Assembly: GCA_045633985.1 (NCBI GenBank)
Contig: JAZQZI010000020.1
Location: 1,442-65,441, forward strand
DNA: 64,000 bases
Source of the DNA: Tidjanibacter sp.
GTDB taxonomy: Bacteria; Bacteroidota; Bacteroidia; Bacteroidales; Rikenellaceae
Reading direction: 5' to 3'
The notes beneath the pieces were generated by a model. That model saw nothing but the letters and a program-made list of their open reading frames with translations. It had not been told where the DNA came from and searched no databases. Position 1 is the stretch's first letter; each line of letters begins with the position of its first letter. The translations under genes and the position numbers were made by a program. Below are positions 19,150-29,054 of this stretch, one piece after another.

Positions 19150-20391
19150 CTATTCGGATTTAAAATATCGTTCCCATTTGGATTCGAGGTTCTTTGCAAT
19201 ATTGTAAGCCAACAAACAAGGAACAGCATTACCAATAATTTTATAGGCGTCGCTCGCACACAGCGAACCATGGCTACCGGTTTTGGCAAGCACAAATTGG
19301 TATTCATCCGGGAATGTTTGTATTCTAGCACACTCTCTCACTGTCAGCCTTCTCTCTATCATCCCACTATTAAGCTCACTAAGATACTTTCCGCCGTGCT
19401 CTGCCGACAATCTGCGATACTCGATGTTTCCGTGGTGCTCCGAACGGATTGTGGGCCCTACGGATGACAAGCGCACCTCCGTTTGTCCCTGACAATGTGG
19501 GCCCATATATTTTGCTTTGGAATAGGCTCTCTGTGACATATCGCAACTCGCCTCCGGCTCATCCAAACCCACAAATGCATCCTCACACGTCACATAGGGA
19601 GAAAGGTTGATTCCGTGAGTGGGAGTTGGATAGGGGTCGTATGCTGAGGGTATATTCTCTTGCGAAAGGGCAGCCAAAGCCTCAGGAGTGAGCGCATCTC
19701 TGCGGAAACCGAAAAAAAACACCCTCTCTCGCGACTGCGGAACACCATATTGAGGAGCTTCCAACACCCTGGACGGCACAACCAAATACCCTGCTTCTGC
19801 AGCTTCCGCAAACCCTTTTTCGATAACTTCCTTAACGTCACCGAGATTGGTCAGACCTTTGACATTTTCAGCAACAAAAAGCTTTGGCTTGGTAAGTGAC
19901 ACAACCTCCCTCATCCACACATAAAGTTGTCCTCGGTTCTCTATGGATTGGTTGTCCCCCTCCAAAGTCGTACCATTGTGGCTTTTCTGCGAAGCAAAAC
20001 CGCGACGCTTGCCGGCAACGGAAAAATCTTGACAGGGAAAACCTCCCGTCACAACATCGACCTCTGCAGGAAATATTTTTTCACCCTGTTGTGCTCTTTT
20101 GACAAAATCAACAATGCTGCCCAGATGGTAAATATCTTCGCTAATATTTTGATGATCTGAAAAATAAGTTATCCAGGCAGTTTGTGCATCGGTGCGTATA
20201 TCATTCGCAAAGATTGTACGAAAGGCGGTGGGAGCCAACTTCACCCAATCCCCCCCATCTTCCACAACCCAATCGGGATGCATATGGAGATTTACCGACT
20301 TTTTCAAGCAACGAAAATTGCCCTCAAAGCCGATATCCATTCCTCCACATCCGGAGAAAAGGGATAAAACTTTCAAATCTTTACTTGACAT
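19150..20391 (-). CDS. DNA (cytosine-5)-methyltransferase
   Basis: C5-MTase motifs I LFSGCGGMDIGF, IV GGFPCQDFS, VI ENVKGL, VIII QSRERVFFFG and X GNAVP. The first ATG is at 20391 (MSSKDLKV...). The ORF-track start at 20424 is a TTG. Confidence 0.9.
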   Translation of the reverse strand: MSSKDLKVLSLFSGCGGMDIGFEGNFRCLKKSVNLHMHPDWVVEDGGDWVKLAPTAFRTIFANDIRTDAQTAWITYFSDHQNISEDIYHLGSIVDFVKRAQQGEKIFPAEVDVVTGGFPCQDFSVAGKRRGFASQKSHNGTTLEGDNQSIENRGQLYVWMREVVSLTKPKLFVAENVKGLTNLGDVKEVIEKGFAEAAEAGYLVVPSRVLEAPQYGVPQSRERVFFFGFRRDALTPEALAALSQENIPSAYDPYPTPTHGINLSPYVTCEDAFVGLDEPEASCDMSQRAYSKAKYMGPHCQGQTEVRLSSVGPTIRSEHHGNIEYRRLSAEHGGKYLSELNSGMIERRLTVRECARIQTFPDEYQFVLAKTGSHGSLCASDAYKIIGNAVPCLLAYNIAKNLESKWERYFKSE

Positions 20392-20434
20392 TTTATTTTG
20401 CGGTAATTGCGTCTTTATACTCAACCATCAATGG

Positions 20435-23161
20435 TTATTCATACATATTGTCGTAGTGCGAGGAGCTCTTCTCATACTTGAGGTCCTGGAGCATCGACGA
20501 CTTAACATTTATTCTAAAGCTCCAGCTCTTGCGGTAGCCAAACGGCACACAACTGAAGTTCATCTGCCAGCAGTGGAGATCCCTCACAAGGGTCAAGGAG
20601 CCCGGCGTAAGCGACTTACCCTCAAAGTCGTAACCACCCGCATAGGTCACTGCCCACTTCTTGTCCTTGTCGAGAGTCAGCGACGCATTGAACGAGAGGG
20701 TGTTGGTAAACTTCTTTGTTCGTCCGTTATCATTGTAGTTAATTGCGTAGTTGAACGAGAAGTTCCACGGCATCGAGAAGTCGTAGTACTGCGAAGTCAT
20801 AAGTTGTCGTCTTAAAGACGGGTCGAGCGGGTCGTTGGGGTCATAGAAGTATGGGTTGGAATACTCGGGGTACTGTTTCGAGATGTCGTTGATAACACCT
20901 TCGGTGTAGAGATCCGAGGAGCGGAAGGTGTAGCCGCACGACCAACCGGTCGAAACAATACGGCCGGGGATACCTCGTCTGATAAGCAACTTATTAAGGC
21001 GCTGACCCGTGGTGCGATCCACCTCGTAGAGGTCCAAATTCATCGAGAGGTTGATGCCGAAGTTGGGGATGGCACTCGAGCGCAACCTCACGCTCACGGG
21101 CGAGCCGAGCTTCATAGAGTCCTTCAAGAAGTCGTAGTTAAGACCAAAGGCAAACTCGTCGATAATCTTCAGTTTCTTCATACCCGTGGTATCGGTATCG
21201 CTGGCCACTTTTGCCTCAAGCGTCTGGCTGATATTAAGGCTCAACGTAGCACTCGGGCTGCTGCCCGGCACTCCGAACATTGCACCCGTGTAGGGCGACA
21301 CACGCTGGGTGCGGGTACCATCGGCATTAGCCTGCACCTCCTTCCAGTAGCCAAACTTCTCCTTGCCGAAGTCGGGGGTGTAGGTGGCCGAGGCGGAGAG
21401 GTTGATGGTATGACGGATAGCCTTCAGGAAGCTCTTAGGGTTCTTGAATTGGTACATACCATATAGGGTGGTGTTGGCCGAAATCGAGGCATTGTAGTCA
21501 TAGACACGGTAGAACCCTCGGGTGGTGTCGGACACGATGGTGTTCTGCTCGGGGCTCCACTCGTGGTTCACACGTTTGAAATACCACCTCTCCTTGTAGT
21601 TCACCGAGGGCGACACATTGATAAAACCTCCCACGTTGAACGAGGCGCTCACAGGGATTGTGTGGAGCACTCCGTTGTCCATATTTTCGAAGGTTTCGGC
21701 CTTGAAGAGGTTGTCGAAATCGGTGCTCACCTTATTCTGCAGCTTGGCCGTGTAGGTCATCTGAATCTTCTCATACCACCTCTGCTTACCCACAGCCACC
21801 TTACGTTTGAAGGGGTTGAAGCGGCTCACGCTGAAGTCGGCATTGGGCAAACCCATCGAGATTTTACCATTTCTATCCTGGCTCATATTGGCCGCAATCG
21901 AGAGTCGCATAGGGCGACCGCTCCACGAGTGGGAGTAGCTGATTGAGGAGTTGGTCGAGGGCGACAGGTAGTCGGTGAGGTTCTGCGAGGCATTCTTATT
22001 GAAGCCGGGCGAGGTGAAGTTCACCGAGGCAGAGAAGGTGGAGTTGGGATTGAACTTGGGGTCCTGCGAGTGGGTCCAGGCAATCTTAAACTCGGGGGTG
22101 CTCATATAGTCTGCCGACCCCTTTTCACCCGTCACCACCTGGGAGTAGTTGAGGTTCACGCCGCCGCTATACTTGTAGCGCACACGATAGTTGGAAGAGA
22201 GTTTGGCTTCCCACGAACCGAGGGTATAGATACTACCCGTCAGCTTGAGGTCCACATAGTCGTTGATGTGGAAATAGTAACCACCATCTCGCAGGTAGAA
22301 ACCTCGGTTGTTCTCCTCACCATAGCTGGGCATTACAATACCCGACTGGCGCTCCATATTCATCGGGAAGAATATCTCGGGAATAAGCAGTGGCAGGGGT
22401 ACATCGGCAATCACAAGGTAGAGGGGGCCCGACACAATCTTCTTGCCGGGGATAAACTTGGCCTTGGTCATCTGGATGTAGAAGTGGGGGTGGTCGGTGT
22501 GGTCGCAGGTGGTATAAACACCTCCCTTGATGTTGAACGACTTGTCGTCCATCATCTTCACCTCACGGCCCGTGAGGAATCCCTCGCCATCTTTGGTCAC
22601 TACGCCCTTAATCTTGGCCCTCTTGGTGTCGATGTTGTAGGTCACGGTGTCCATAGTGTAGGTGGAGCCCGCCTCGGTGAACTCGGGACGGGTGTGGCCA
22701 TAGGCCGATGTATCGGCCTTGCCGTAGGCCAAAATCTCCTTGGAGTCCATCGACACCCTCATATAGTCGGCCTTGATGTTCATATTGCCGTAAGTCACAT
22801 CGCCCTGCTCGTAGATGTGAACCATCTTGCCCCTCACATCGTAGTAGAGGGAGTCTTTGTTCTTACCGTTGATAATTTCGTCGAGGAAGTTGCGCTGTTT
22901 GCGTCGGCCGGCGGTGTCGGAGGGGAGAACAAGCAGGGAGTCGATACTCCTCTGGCCGGAGGTGTGGAGCAGCGAGTCGCGTCGTTGCTCGGCACGGCTA
23001 CGCAGCGAATCGACCACTCGGGTATTGCGGCCGAGGTAGTCCTCCTGTCGAACACTATCCACCCTGGGGGCAGATAATTTTCCGCCCTCGGCAATATTTT
23101 GAGCCCCCAGCGTAGCTGACATCAGCAGCGCCGAGAGTGAAATAATCAGATATTTTATCAC
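20435..23161 (-). CDS. LptD/OstA-like outer-membrane protein (putative LPS assembly protein)
   Basis: A protein of about 908 aa that is rich in beta strands. A GTG at 23161 gives a plausible signal peptide (IKYLIISLSALLMSATLGAQ). It lies divergent from an amidase gene, as lptD-like genes commonly do in Bacteroidales. The ORF-track TTG start at 23215 would overlap the amidase promoter. Confidence 0.6.
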   Translation of the reverse strand: MIKYLIISLSALLMSATLGAQNIAEGGKLSAPRVDSVRQEDYLGRNTRVVDSLRSRAEQRRDSLLHTSGQRSIDSLLVLPSDTAGRRKQRNFLDEIINGKNKDSLYYDVRGKMVHIYEQGDVTYGNMNIKADYMRVSMDSKEILAYGKADTSAYGHTRPEFTEAGSTYTMDTVTYNIDTKRAKIKGVVTKDGEGFLTGREVKMMDDKSFNIKGGVYTTCDHTDHPHFYIQMTKAKFIPGKKIVSGPLYLVIADVPLPLLIPEIFFPMNMERQSGIVMPSYGEENNRGFYLRDGGYYFHINDYVDLKLTGSIYTLGSWEAKLSSNYRVRYKYSGGVNLNYSQVVTGEKGSADYMSTPEFKIAWTHSQDPKFNPNSTFSASVNFTSPGFNKNASQNLTDYLSPSTNSSISYSHSWSGRPMRLSIAANMSQDRNGKISMGLPNADFSVSRFNPFKRKVAVGKQRWYEKIQMTYTAKLQNKVSTDFDNLFKAETFENMDNGVLHTIPVSASFNVGGFINVSPSVNYKERWYFKRVNHEWSPEQNTIVSDTTRGFYRVYDYNASISANTTLYGMYQFKNPKSFLKAIRHTINLSASATYTPDFGKEKFGYWKEVQANADGTRTQRVSPYTGAMFGVPGSSPSATLSLNISQTLEAKVASDTDTTGMKKLKIIDEFAFGLNYDFLKDSMKLGSPVSVRLRSSAIPNFGINLSMNLDLYEVDRTTGQRLNKLLIRRGIPGRIVSTGWSCGYTFRSSDLYTEGVINDISKQYPEYSNPYFYDPNDPLDPSLRRQLMTSQYYDFSMPWNFSFNYAINYNDNGRTKKFTNTLSFNASLTLDKDKKWAVTYAGGYDFEGKSLTPGSLTLVRDLHCWQMNFSCVPFGYRKSWSFRINVKSSMLQDLKYEKSSSHYDNMYE

Positions 23162-23283
23162 TTTGTGTACCAAAATCTCACAAAAAATTGTTACCTTTGC
23201 CGACAGGGTCGGCAAAAAATCCTAATCAAGTGATTATCAGCCGCCTTGCAGCCTCGAACCAACCTACAAAAATAGCAAAAAAA

Positions 23284-24498
23284 ATGAAACTGACGTCACT
23301 TTTGACCCTTATACTAACGTTTTCTCTCACCCACTCCGTATGCGCACAGGGAAAAATCGACGCCGCCGAGCGACGACTCTCCACACTTGTCATCGACGCC
23401 GGCCACGGCGGCAAAGACCCCGGATGCACCTGGGGCGACAAGAAGGAGAAAGACCTCAACCTGAAGATTGCGCTTCTGCTGGGCAGTATGGTGGAGGAGG
23501 CCTACCCCGATGTAAAGGTCATCTACACCCGTAGCGACGACCGTTTCATAGAGCTCCACACCCGTGGCGACATTGCCAACCGTGCAGGTGCCGACCTATT
23601 CATCTCCATCCACACCGACGCTGTGGGTAACAACGAGGCACACGGCAGCAGTACCTACATTATGGGTAACGACAAGAGCGAGAAGAACCTTGCTGTAGCC
23701 CAGAGGGAGAACTCGGTAATCGTTATGGAGGGCGACTACGAGGCCAAGTATGAGGGCTACGACCCCAATAGTGCCGAGAGTTTCATCATCTTCTCGCTGA
23801 TGCAGTATGCCCACGCCGAGCAGAGTATGGTCTTTGCGGAGATGGTGCAGAAGCACTACGCCAAGCGTACCCCCATCACCGACCGTGGTGCCCGCCAGGG
23901 CCCCTACCTTGTGCTGTGGCGCACGGCTATGCCCTCGGTACTCACCGAGATGGGATTTATGACCAACAAGAACGACCGTGACTACCTCCACAGCGAGGTG
24001 GGTCAGAAGCAGGTGGCCGGGGCGTTGTTCGACGCCTTCAGCGAGTACAGAGCCCGCTACAATGCCCAAGCCGACGAGTCGGCGAAACAGCCCGCACCTA
24101 CCCCCAAGCCCGAGGCCAAACCTGTGGCAAAGGAGGAGCCCAAGCCTGCGGCCAAGCCCGCTCCTGCACCCGCACCCAACACCAAGGAGGAGGCGAAACC
24201 CACCCCAAAACCCGTGGTAAAAGAGGAACCCAAAGCTATTGAGGGTGAGAAGATTGCCGACAAGGTGGAGTATTTTGTGCAGATTTGCACCCTCTCCTCC
24301 AAGAGTAATCCCTCCGACCGCAAGTTTGGCAAGTATGCAGGGCGCATCGAGCAGCGACAGACCTCCACGGGCAAGTGGCGCTGCCTGGTTCCCGCCGCCA
24401 CCCTCCAGGAGGCACGAGAACTCCAAAAGGAGGCCGAGAAACACTTTGCCGGAGCCTTCGTGGTGGAGATTAAAGGCGACAGCGTGACCCGCAAATAG
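23284..24498 (+). CDS. N-acetylmuramoyl-L-alanine amidase with C-terminal SPOR-like domain
   Basis: ATG at 23284 with a signal peptide, an Amidase_3 core (VIDAGHGGKDPG...SIHTDA), a P/K/A/E-rich linker and a C-terminal SPOR-like segment (YFVQICTLSS...). A TACCTTTG -7 box lies at 23192-23199. Confidence 0.8.
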   Translation: MKLTSLLTLILTFSLTHSVCAQGKIDAAERRLSTLVIDAGHGGKDPGCTWGDKKEKDLNLKIALLLGSMVEEAYPDVKVIYTRSDDRFIELHTRGDIANRAGADLFISIHTDAVGNNEAHGSSTYIMGNDKSEKNLAVAQRENSVIVMEGDYEAKYEGYDPNSAESFIIFSLMQYAHAEQSMVFAEMVQKHYAKRTPITDRGARQGPYLVLWRTAMPSVLTEMGFMTNKNDRDYLHSEVGQKQVAGALFDAFSEYRARYNAQADESAKQPAPTPKPEAKPVAKEEPKPAAKPAPAPAPNTKEEAKPTPKPVVKEEPKAIEGEKIADKVEYFVQICTLSSKSNPSDRKFGKYAGRIEQRQTSTGKWRCLVPAATLQEARELQKEAEKHFAGAFVVEIKGDSVTRK

Positions 24499-24553
24499 TG
24501 GCTCCACCCCGCAAAACAGAACAACAACACAAACACAAATAAACAAAGAGAGA

Positions 24554-26638
24554 ATGAAAACAAAACTTATGACATTTGTTATGGCAGCAGCTGTAATGAC
24601 CGGTTGTGATTCCTTGAACAACAACCCTCTGATTAACCAGGGCAACACCCCCTATGGCACCCCCGAGTTCTCGAAGATTAAACTCGAGCACTATATGCCC
24701 GCCTTCGACTACGCACTCGCCGAGGCAAGGGCCGAGATGGACGCTATCGTGAACAACACCGAGGAGCCCACCTTCGAGAACACCATTGTAGCAATGGAGC
24801 GCAGTGGCGAGCTTCTGGACCACGTTTCGACCATCTTCTTTGTACTCAACGGCAACGAGACCAGCGACGAGATGCAGGCTCTGGCTATGGAGGTACAGCC
24901 CAAACTGATTGCCTTCTCGAACGATGTGAACCTCAACCCCGAGTTGTGGGCACGTGTAAAGAGCGTCTATGAGCAGCGTGAGTCGCTCTCGCTCAACGAG
25001 GAGGAGGCCAAACTGCTGGAGAACACCTACAATGGTTTCGTGCGCAGTGGTGCCAACCTCAACGATGAGCAGAAAGAGCAGTACCGCCGTATCTCGGAGG
25101 AACTCTCGAACCTCTCGTTGCAGTTTGAGCAGAATGTGCTGGCAGCCACCAACGCCTTCTCGCTCAACATCACCGACGAGAGCGTAGTGGCCGAGCTTCC
25201 CTCGTTTGTGCGTGACGCTATGGCTGCCGAGGCTAAGGCTCGTGGCGAAGAGGGCTGGACCGTAACCCTTCAGCAGGCTAATATGTTCCCCTTCCTCACC
25301 TACTCGTCGAACCGTGAGCTGAAGGAGAAGGTGTGGATGGCTTCCAACACCAAGTGCGTGGGTGGCGAGTACAACAACCTGGAGAATGTTAAGCGCATCG
25401 CCGAGCTCCGTCTGGAGATGGCCCACCTGTTTGGCTACGAGGACTACGCCTCCTTCGTGCTGGAGGAGCGTATGGCCGAGAACACCAAGACCGTAAACAG
25501 CTTCCTCGAGGAGCTCCGTTCGGCCACCATCAAATATGCCAAGAAGGACTACAAAACCGTGTCGGCCTACGCCAAGAAAAATGGCGCAGACTATGAGATT
25601 ATGCCCTGGGATTGGGCCTACTGGAACGAGAAATACAAAGTTGCCACCTTCGACTACAACGAGGAGGATGTGAAACCCTACTTCGAGCTGGAGAATGTTA
25701 AGCAGGGCATCTTCGTGTTGGCCGAGAGGCTCTATGGTATCCGTTTTGTGGAGAACAAGGATATTGATGTATATCACCCCGATGTGAAGGCCTACGACGT
25801 GCTCGAGGAGAATGGTGAGTTCTTGGGCGTTCTCTATATGGACTTCTTCCCCCGTGCAACCAAGCGTGGTGGTGCGTGGATGACCGCCTTCAGGGAGATG
25901 AAGACCGTTGATGGCGAGGAGGTTCGCCCCTTCATTTCGCTCTGCGGCAACTTCACCAAGCCCACCGAGAACACCCCCTCGCTCCTCACCTTCGACGAGT
26001 TTGAGACCTTCCTCCACGAGTTTGGTCACTGCCTCCACGGCCTCTTCGCCAAGGGTACCTACCAGTCGCTCACCGGCACCTCGGTTTACCGCGACTTTGT
26101 GGAGCTCCCCAGCCAGGTTCTGGAGAATTGGGCCATCCAGCCCGAGTTCCTCGACATCGTGGCTGTTCACTACCAGACCGGCGAGAAGATGCCCACCGAG
26201 TTGAGGGATAAGATTATCGCTTCCAAGAAGTACCTCGCCGCCTACGCCAACATCCGTCAGGTGTCGTTCGGTACCATAGATATGGCCTACCACACCATCA
26301 CAGAGCCCATCGAGGATGTAATGGCATTCGAGCGCAAGGCTTCGGCTTCGACCCAGGTGCTTCCCGTTGTTGACGGCACCAATATGGGTTGCTCCTTCGG
26401 CCACATCTTCTCGGGTGGTTATGCAGCAGGTTACTATGGTTACAAGTGGGCCGAGGTGCTCGACGCCGACGCTTTTGAGCTCTTCAAGGAGATGGGTATC
26501 TTCTCCCGAGAGTGTGGCAACCGCTTCCGTGAGGAGGTTCTCTCCAAGGGCGGTATCCGTCACCCTATGGAGCTCTATGTAGCCTTCCGTGGCCACAAGC
26601 CCGAGACTCAGGCTCTCATCGACGAGATTTTGAAATAA
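24554..26638 (+). CDS. dcp: M3-family zinc metallopeptidase (peptidyl-dipeptidase Dcp-like)
   Basis: 694-aa ORF with a lipoprotein-type signal (AVMTGC) and the HEFGH zinc motif (FLHEFGHCLH). Confidence 0.85.
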   Translation: MKTKLMTFVMAAAVMTGCDSLNNNPLINQGNTPYGTPEFSKIKLEHYMPAFDYALAEARAEMDAIVNNTEEPTFENTIVAMERSGELLDHVSTIFFVLNGNETSDEMQALAMEVQPKLIAFSNDVNLNPELWARVKSVYEQRESLSLNEEEAKLLENTYNGFVRSGANLNDEQKEQYRRISEELSNLSLQFEQNVLAATNAFSLNITDESVVAELPSFVRDAMAAEAKARGEEGWTVTLQQANMFPFLTYSSNRELKEKVWMASNTKCVGGEYNNLENVKRIAELRLEMAHLFGYEDYASFVLEERMAENTKTVNSFLEELRSATIKYAKKDYKTVSAYAKKNGADYEIMPWDWAYWNEKYKVATFDYNEEDVKPYFELENVKQGIFVLAERLYGIRFVENKDIDVYHPDVKAYDVLEENGEFLGVLYMDFFPRATKRGGAWMTAFREMKTVDGEEVRPFISLCGNFTKPTENTPSLLTFDEFETFLHEFGHCLHGLFAKGTYQSLTGTSVYRDFVELPSQVLENWAIQPEFLDIVAVHYQTGEKMPTELRDKIIASKKYLAAYANIRQVSFGTIDMAYHTITEPIEDVMAFERKASASTQVLPVVDGTNMGCSFGHIFSGGYAAGYYGYKWAEVLDADAFELFKEMGIFSRECGNRFREEVLSKGGIRHPMELYVAFRGHKPETQALIDEILK

Positions 26639-26718
26639 TCATCCGAAAGTATTCGGCGGAGAACAGGCTGTGTAGGGCCCGACCGAGCATACATTATTCG
26701 TAAAACCATAAGAGCACT

Positions 26719-29034
26719 ATGAAGTACAAACTCAGCGAAATAGCACACCTTACACCCCGTGGCGAGTTCCACGGCAAGGATATGGAGGTGAGGAGTGTGA
26801 TGACCGATTCGAGGCACAGCTTCGACTCGGAGAGCGCACCTATGTTCGTGGCCATTGCTGGCGTCAACCACGATGGTCACAACTTCATTGACGACCTCTA
26901 CCGCCGAGGTGTGAGGGCCTTTATGGTGGAGCGCAGGCTCGATTTCGAGTCGTGGCCCGAAGCGGGCTTTGTGGTTGTTGAGCGCTCGCTGCGAGCACTC
27001 CAGAGCCTTGCTGCCCACTACCGCCAGCGATTTGGCGGCAAGGTGGTGGCCATCACAGGCTCCACGGGCAAGACTGCCGTGAAGGAGTGGATTGCCGAGT
27101 CGGCCCCCGAGGGTTTGAGAGTCTTTCGCTCGCCCCGTAGCTACAACTCACAGCTGGGTGTGGCCCTCTCTCTGCTGATGATGGATGGCACCGAGGATTT
27201 GGCTGTCATAGAGGCGGGCATTTCACGCCCCGACGAGATGGCACGCCTGGAGGCCATCATCCGTCCCGATGTGGGTATCTTCACCTCGCTGGAGGGTCAG
27301 CACGACGAGAATTTTATTGACAGGGCTCATAAGGCGGCCGAGAAGGCGACGCTCTTTGCCCGCACCTCCACCGTCATCTACAACTCCACAAACCCCTATA
27401 TTGTGGAGGCCCTGGAGGCTACCTCCAATAAGGTGGGTGTGGCAAGTATGAGGGAGATGGTGGGCGAGCTCTACGCCCAGCTGGGCTACGACCGAGAGGC
27501 TGTGGAGGAGCGCCTGGCCCACTCGGAGCCTGTGAAATTGCGCCTCTCGCTGGCCGAGGGTCTGGGTGGCTCGGTGGTGCTGAGCGACACCCACAACTCC
27601 GATATCAACTCGCTGGGCATAGCCCTCGACTCGCTCCGTGAGGTGGCTGGCGGACGCCGCAGGGTTGTGGTGCTCTCCGATATGCTCTACAGCACCCTCC
27701 CGGATGAGGAGATATACTCCCGTGTGGCCCGCACTGTGGCGGCTGCCGGGATTGATAAATTTATAGGTGTAGGTCGCTTTGTTGCGGCCCACAAACACTT
27801 CTTTACCGACACCGACGAATTCTACTCATCGGCCGACGAATTCCTGAAGGTACTGTCTCAGAACAGCTTTGAGGGTGCTGCGGTGCTTATCAAGGGCGGC
27901 CCTATGTCGGGCTTCGACCGCATAGTCCACACCCTCTCCCGCCGCTGCCACACCACGGTGCTGGAGGTGAACCTCTCGGCTATGGTGGCCAACCTCAACC
28001 GCTACCGCAGTCGTCTGCCACAAGGCACCAAGTTGATGACTATGGTGAAGGCCTCGGGCTATGGTCACGGCGACTATGAGCTCGCTGTGGAACTGCAACA
28101 CCAGGGGGTTGATTACCTCGCCGTAGCCTTTGCCGACGAGGGCGTACTGCTCAGACAGAAAGGTATCACTATGCCCATTGTGGTGCTCAATGCCGATGCC
28201 GACAGCTTTGGTCTTATGACCTCCTACCGTCTGGAGCCCGAGATTTATAACTTCTCCTCGCTGGAGGCCTTCGCTCTGGCCGCCGAAAGTGCGGGTGAGA
28301 GCGACTACCCCATCCACCTGAAGGTTGATAGCGGTATGCACCGTCTGGGCTTCCGTATGGGGGATGTGGAGCGACTTAGCAAGAGGCTCGCCGAGCTGCG
28401 AGGGGTGCTCACCGTGAGGAGTATCTTCTCCCACTTTGCCACGGCCGATATGCCCGAAGAGAGGGAGTTTGTACGCCACCAGCAGCGCACATTTGCAGAA
28501 GTTTCGGAGGCCGTAATGGCCTCGCTGCCCAACAGACCCCTGCGCCACATAAATAATACGGCAGGTATGGAGTACTTCGCCGACTCCACCTACGATATGT
28601 GCCGCCTTGGCATTGGCCTTTATGGTGTGGGCGAGGGTACTGTGCCCATCTCACGCCTTACCACCCGCATTGTGCAGGTTAAGGAGCTGGAGGAGGGCGA
28701 GACGGTTGGCTATGGCCGTGCAGGGCGCATCGAGCATCCCACCACAGTGGCCACCATCCCTATTGGCTATGCCGACGGCCTCGACCGACGCCTCGGAGGG
28801 GGTGTGTGGAGTGTGAGCGTGGGTGGCCGAAGAGCCCCCATCATCGGCCGTGTATGTATGGACAGCTGTATGATTGATGTCACCGGCATCGAGTGCGCCG
28901 AGGGTGAGGAGGTTGTTATTTTCGGCGGCGAGGGCGGCTCCGTGGTGGAGATGGCCGAGCTGCTCGACACCATCCCCTATGAGGTTATGACCTCCATATC
29001 GAGCCGTGTGAAGAGAATTTATGTCAAAGAGTAA
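26719..29034 (+). CDS. bifunctional UDP-MurNAc-tripeptide--D-Ala-D-Ala ligase (MurF) / alanine racemase (Alr)
   Basis: 771-aa ORF. The N-terminal half is a Mur ligase (ITGSTGKT). The C-terminal half is a PLP racemase (VKASGYGHG, ...PIGYADG...GRVCMD). Confidence 0.85.
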   Translation: MKYKLSEIAHLTPRGEFHGKDMEVRSVMTDSRHSFDSESAPMFVAIAGVNHDGHNFIDDLYRRGVRAFMVERRLDFESWPEAGFVVVERSLRALQSLAAHYRQRFGGKVVAITGSTGKTAVKEWIAESAPEGLRVFRSPRSYNSQLGVALSLLMMDGTEDLAVIEAGISRPDEMARLEAIIRPDVGIFTSLEGQHDENFIDRAHKAAEKATLFARTSTVIYNSTNPYIVEALEATSNKVGVASMREMVGELYAQLGYDREAVEERLAHSEPVKLRLSLAEGLGGSVVLSDTHNSDINSLGIALDSLREVAGGRRRVVVLSDMLYSTLPDEEIYSRVARTVAAAGIDKFIGVGRFVAAHKHFFTDTDEFYSSADEFLKVLSQNSFEGAAVLIKGGPMSGFDRIVHTLSRRCHTTVLEVNLSAMVANLNRYRSRLPQGTKLMTMVKASGYGHGDYELAVELQHQGVDYLAVAFADEGVLLRQKGITMPIVVLNADADSFGLMTSYRLEPEIYNFSSLEAFALAAESAGESDYPIHLKVDSGMHRLGFRMGDVERLSKRLAELRGVLTVRSIFSHFATADMPEEREFVRHQQRTFAEVSEAVMASLPNRPLRHINNTAGMEYFADSTYDMCRLGIGLYGVGEGTVPISRLTTRIVQVKELEEGETVGYGRAGRIEHPTTVATIPIGYADGLDRRLGGGVWSVSVGGRRAPIIGRVCMDSCMIDVTGIECAEGEEVVIFGGEGGSVVEMAELLDTIPYEVMTSISSRVKRIYVKE

Positions 29035-29054
29035 CCCACTCCCGCAAACAGACT

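Noticed and set aside
23196-23216. 9-bp-stem hairpin TTTGCCGAC-AGG-GTCGGCAAA in the divergent region between the lptD-like gene and the amidase gene.
   Set aside because: It overlaps the amidase -7 box and lies in a promoter region. There is no T-run context for a terminator and no second copy. Evidence for an operator is insufficient.
24470-26596. Very long ORFs antisense to real genes. Examples are 24470..26596 (708 aa), 48759..50999 (746 aa), 502..1656, 12179..13699, 15511..16992, 36736..38340, 52251..53990 and 60628..62175.
   Set aside because: Each lies wholly opposite a gene with unmistakable family motifs. The translations are low-complexity (rich in H, G, V, L and E) and carry no motifs. 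Such shadow ORFs are expected where third-position G/C bias is strong.
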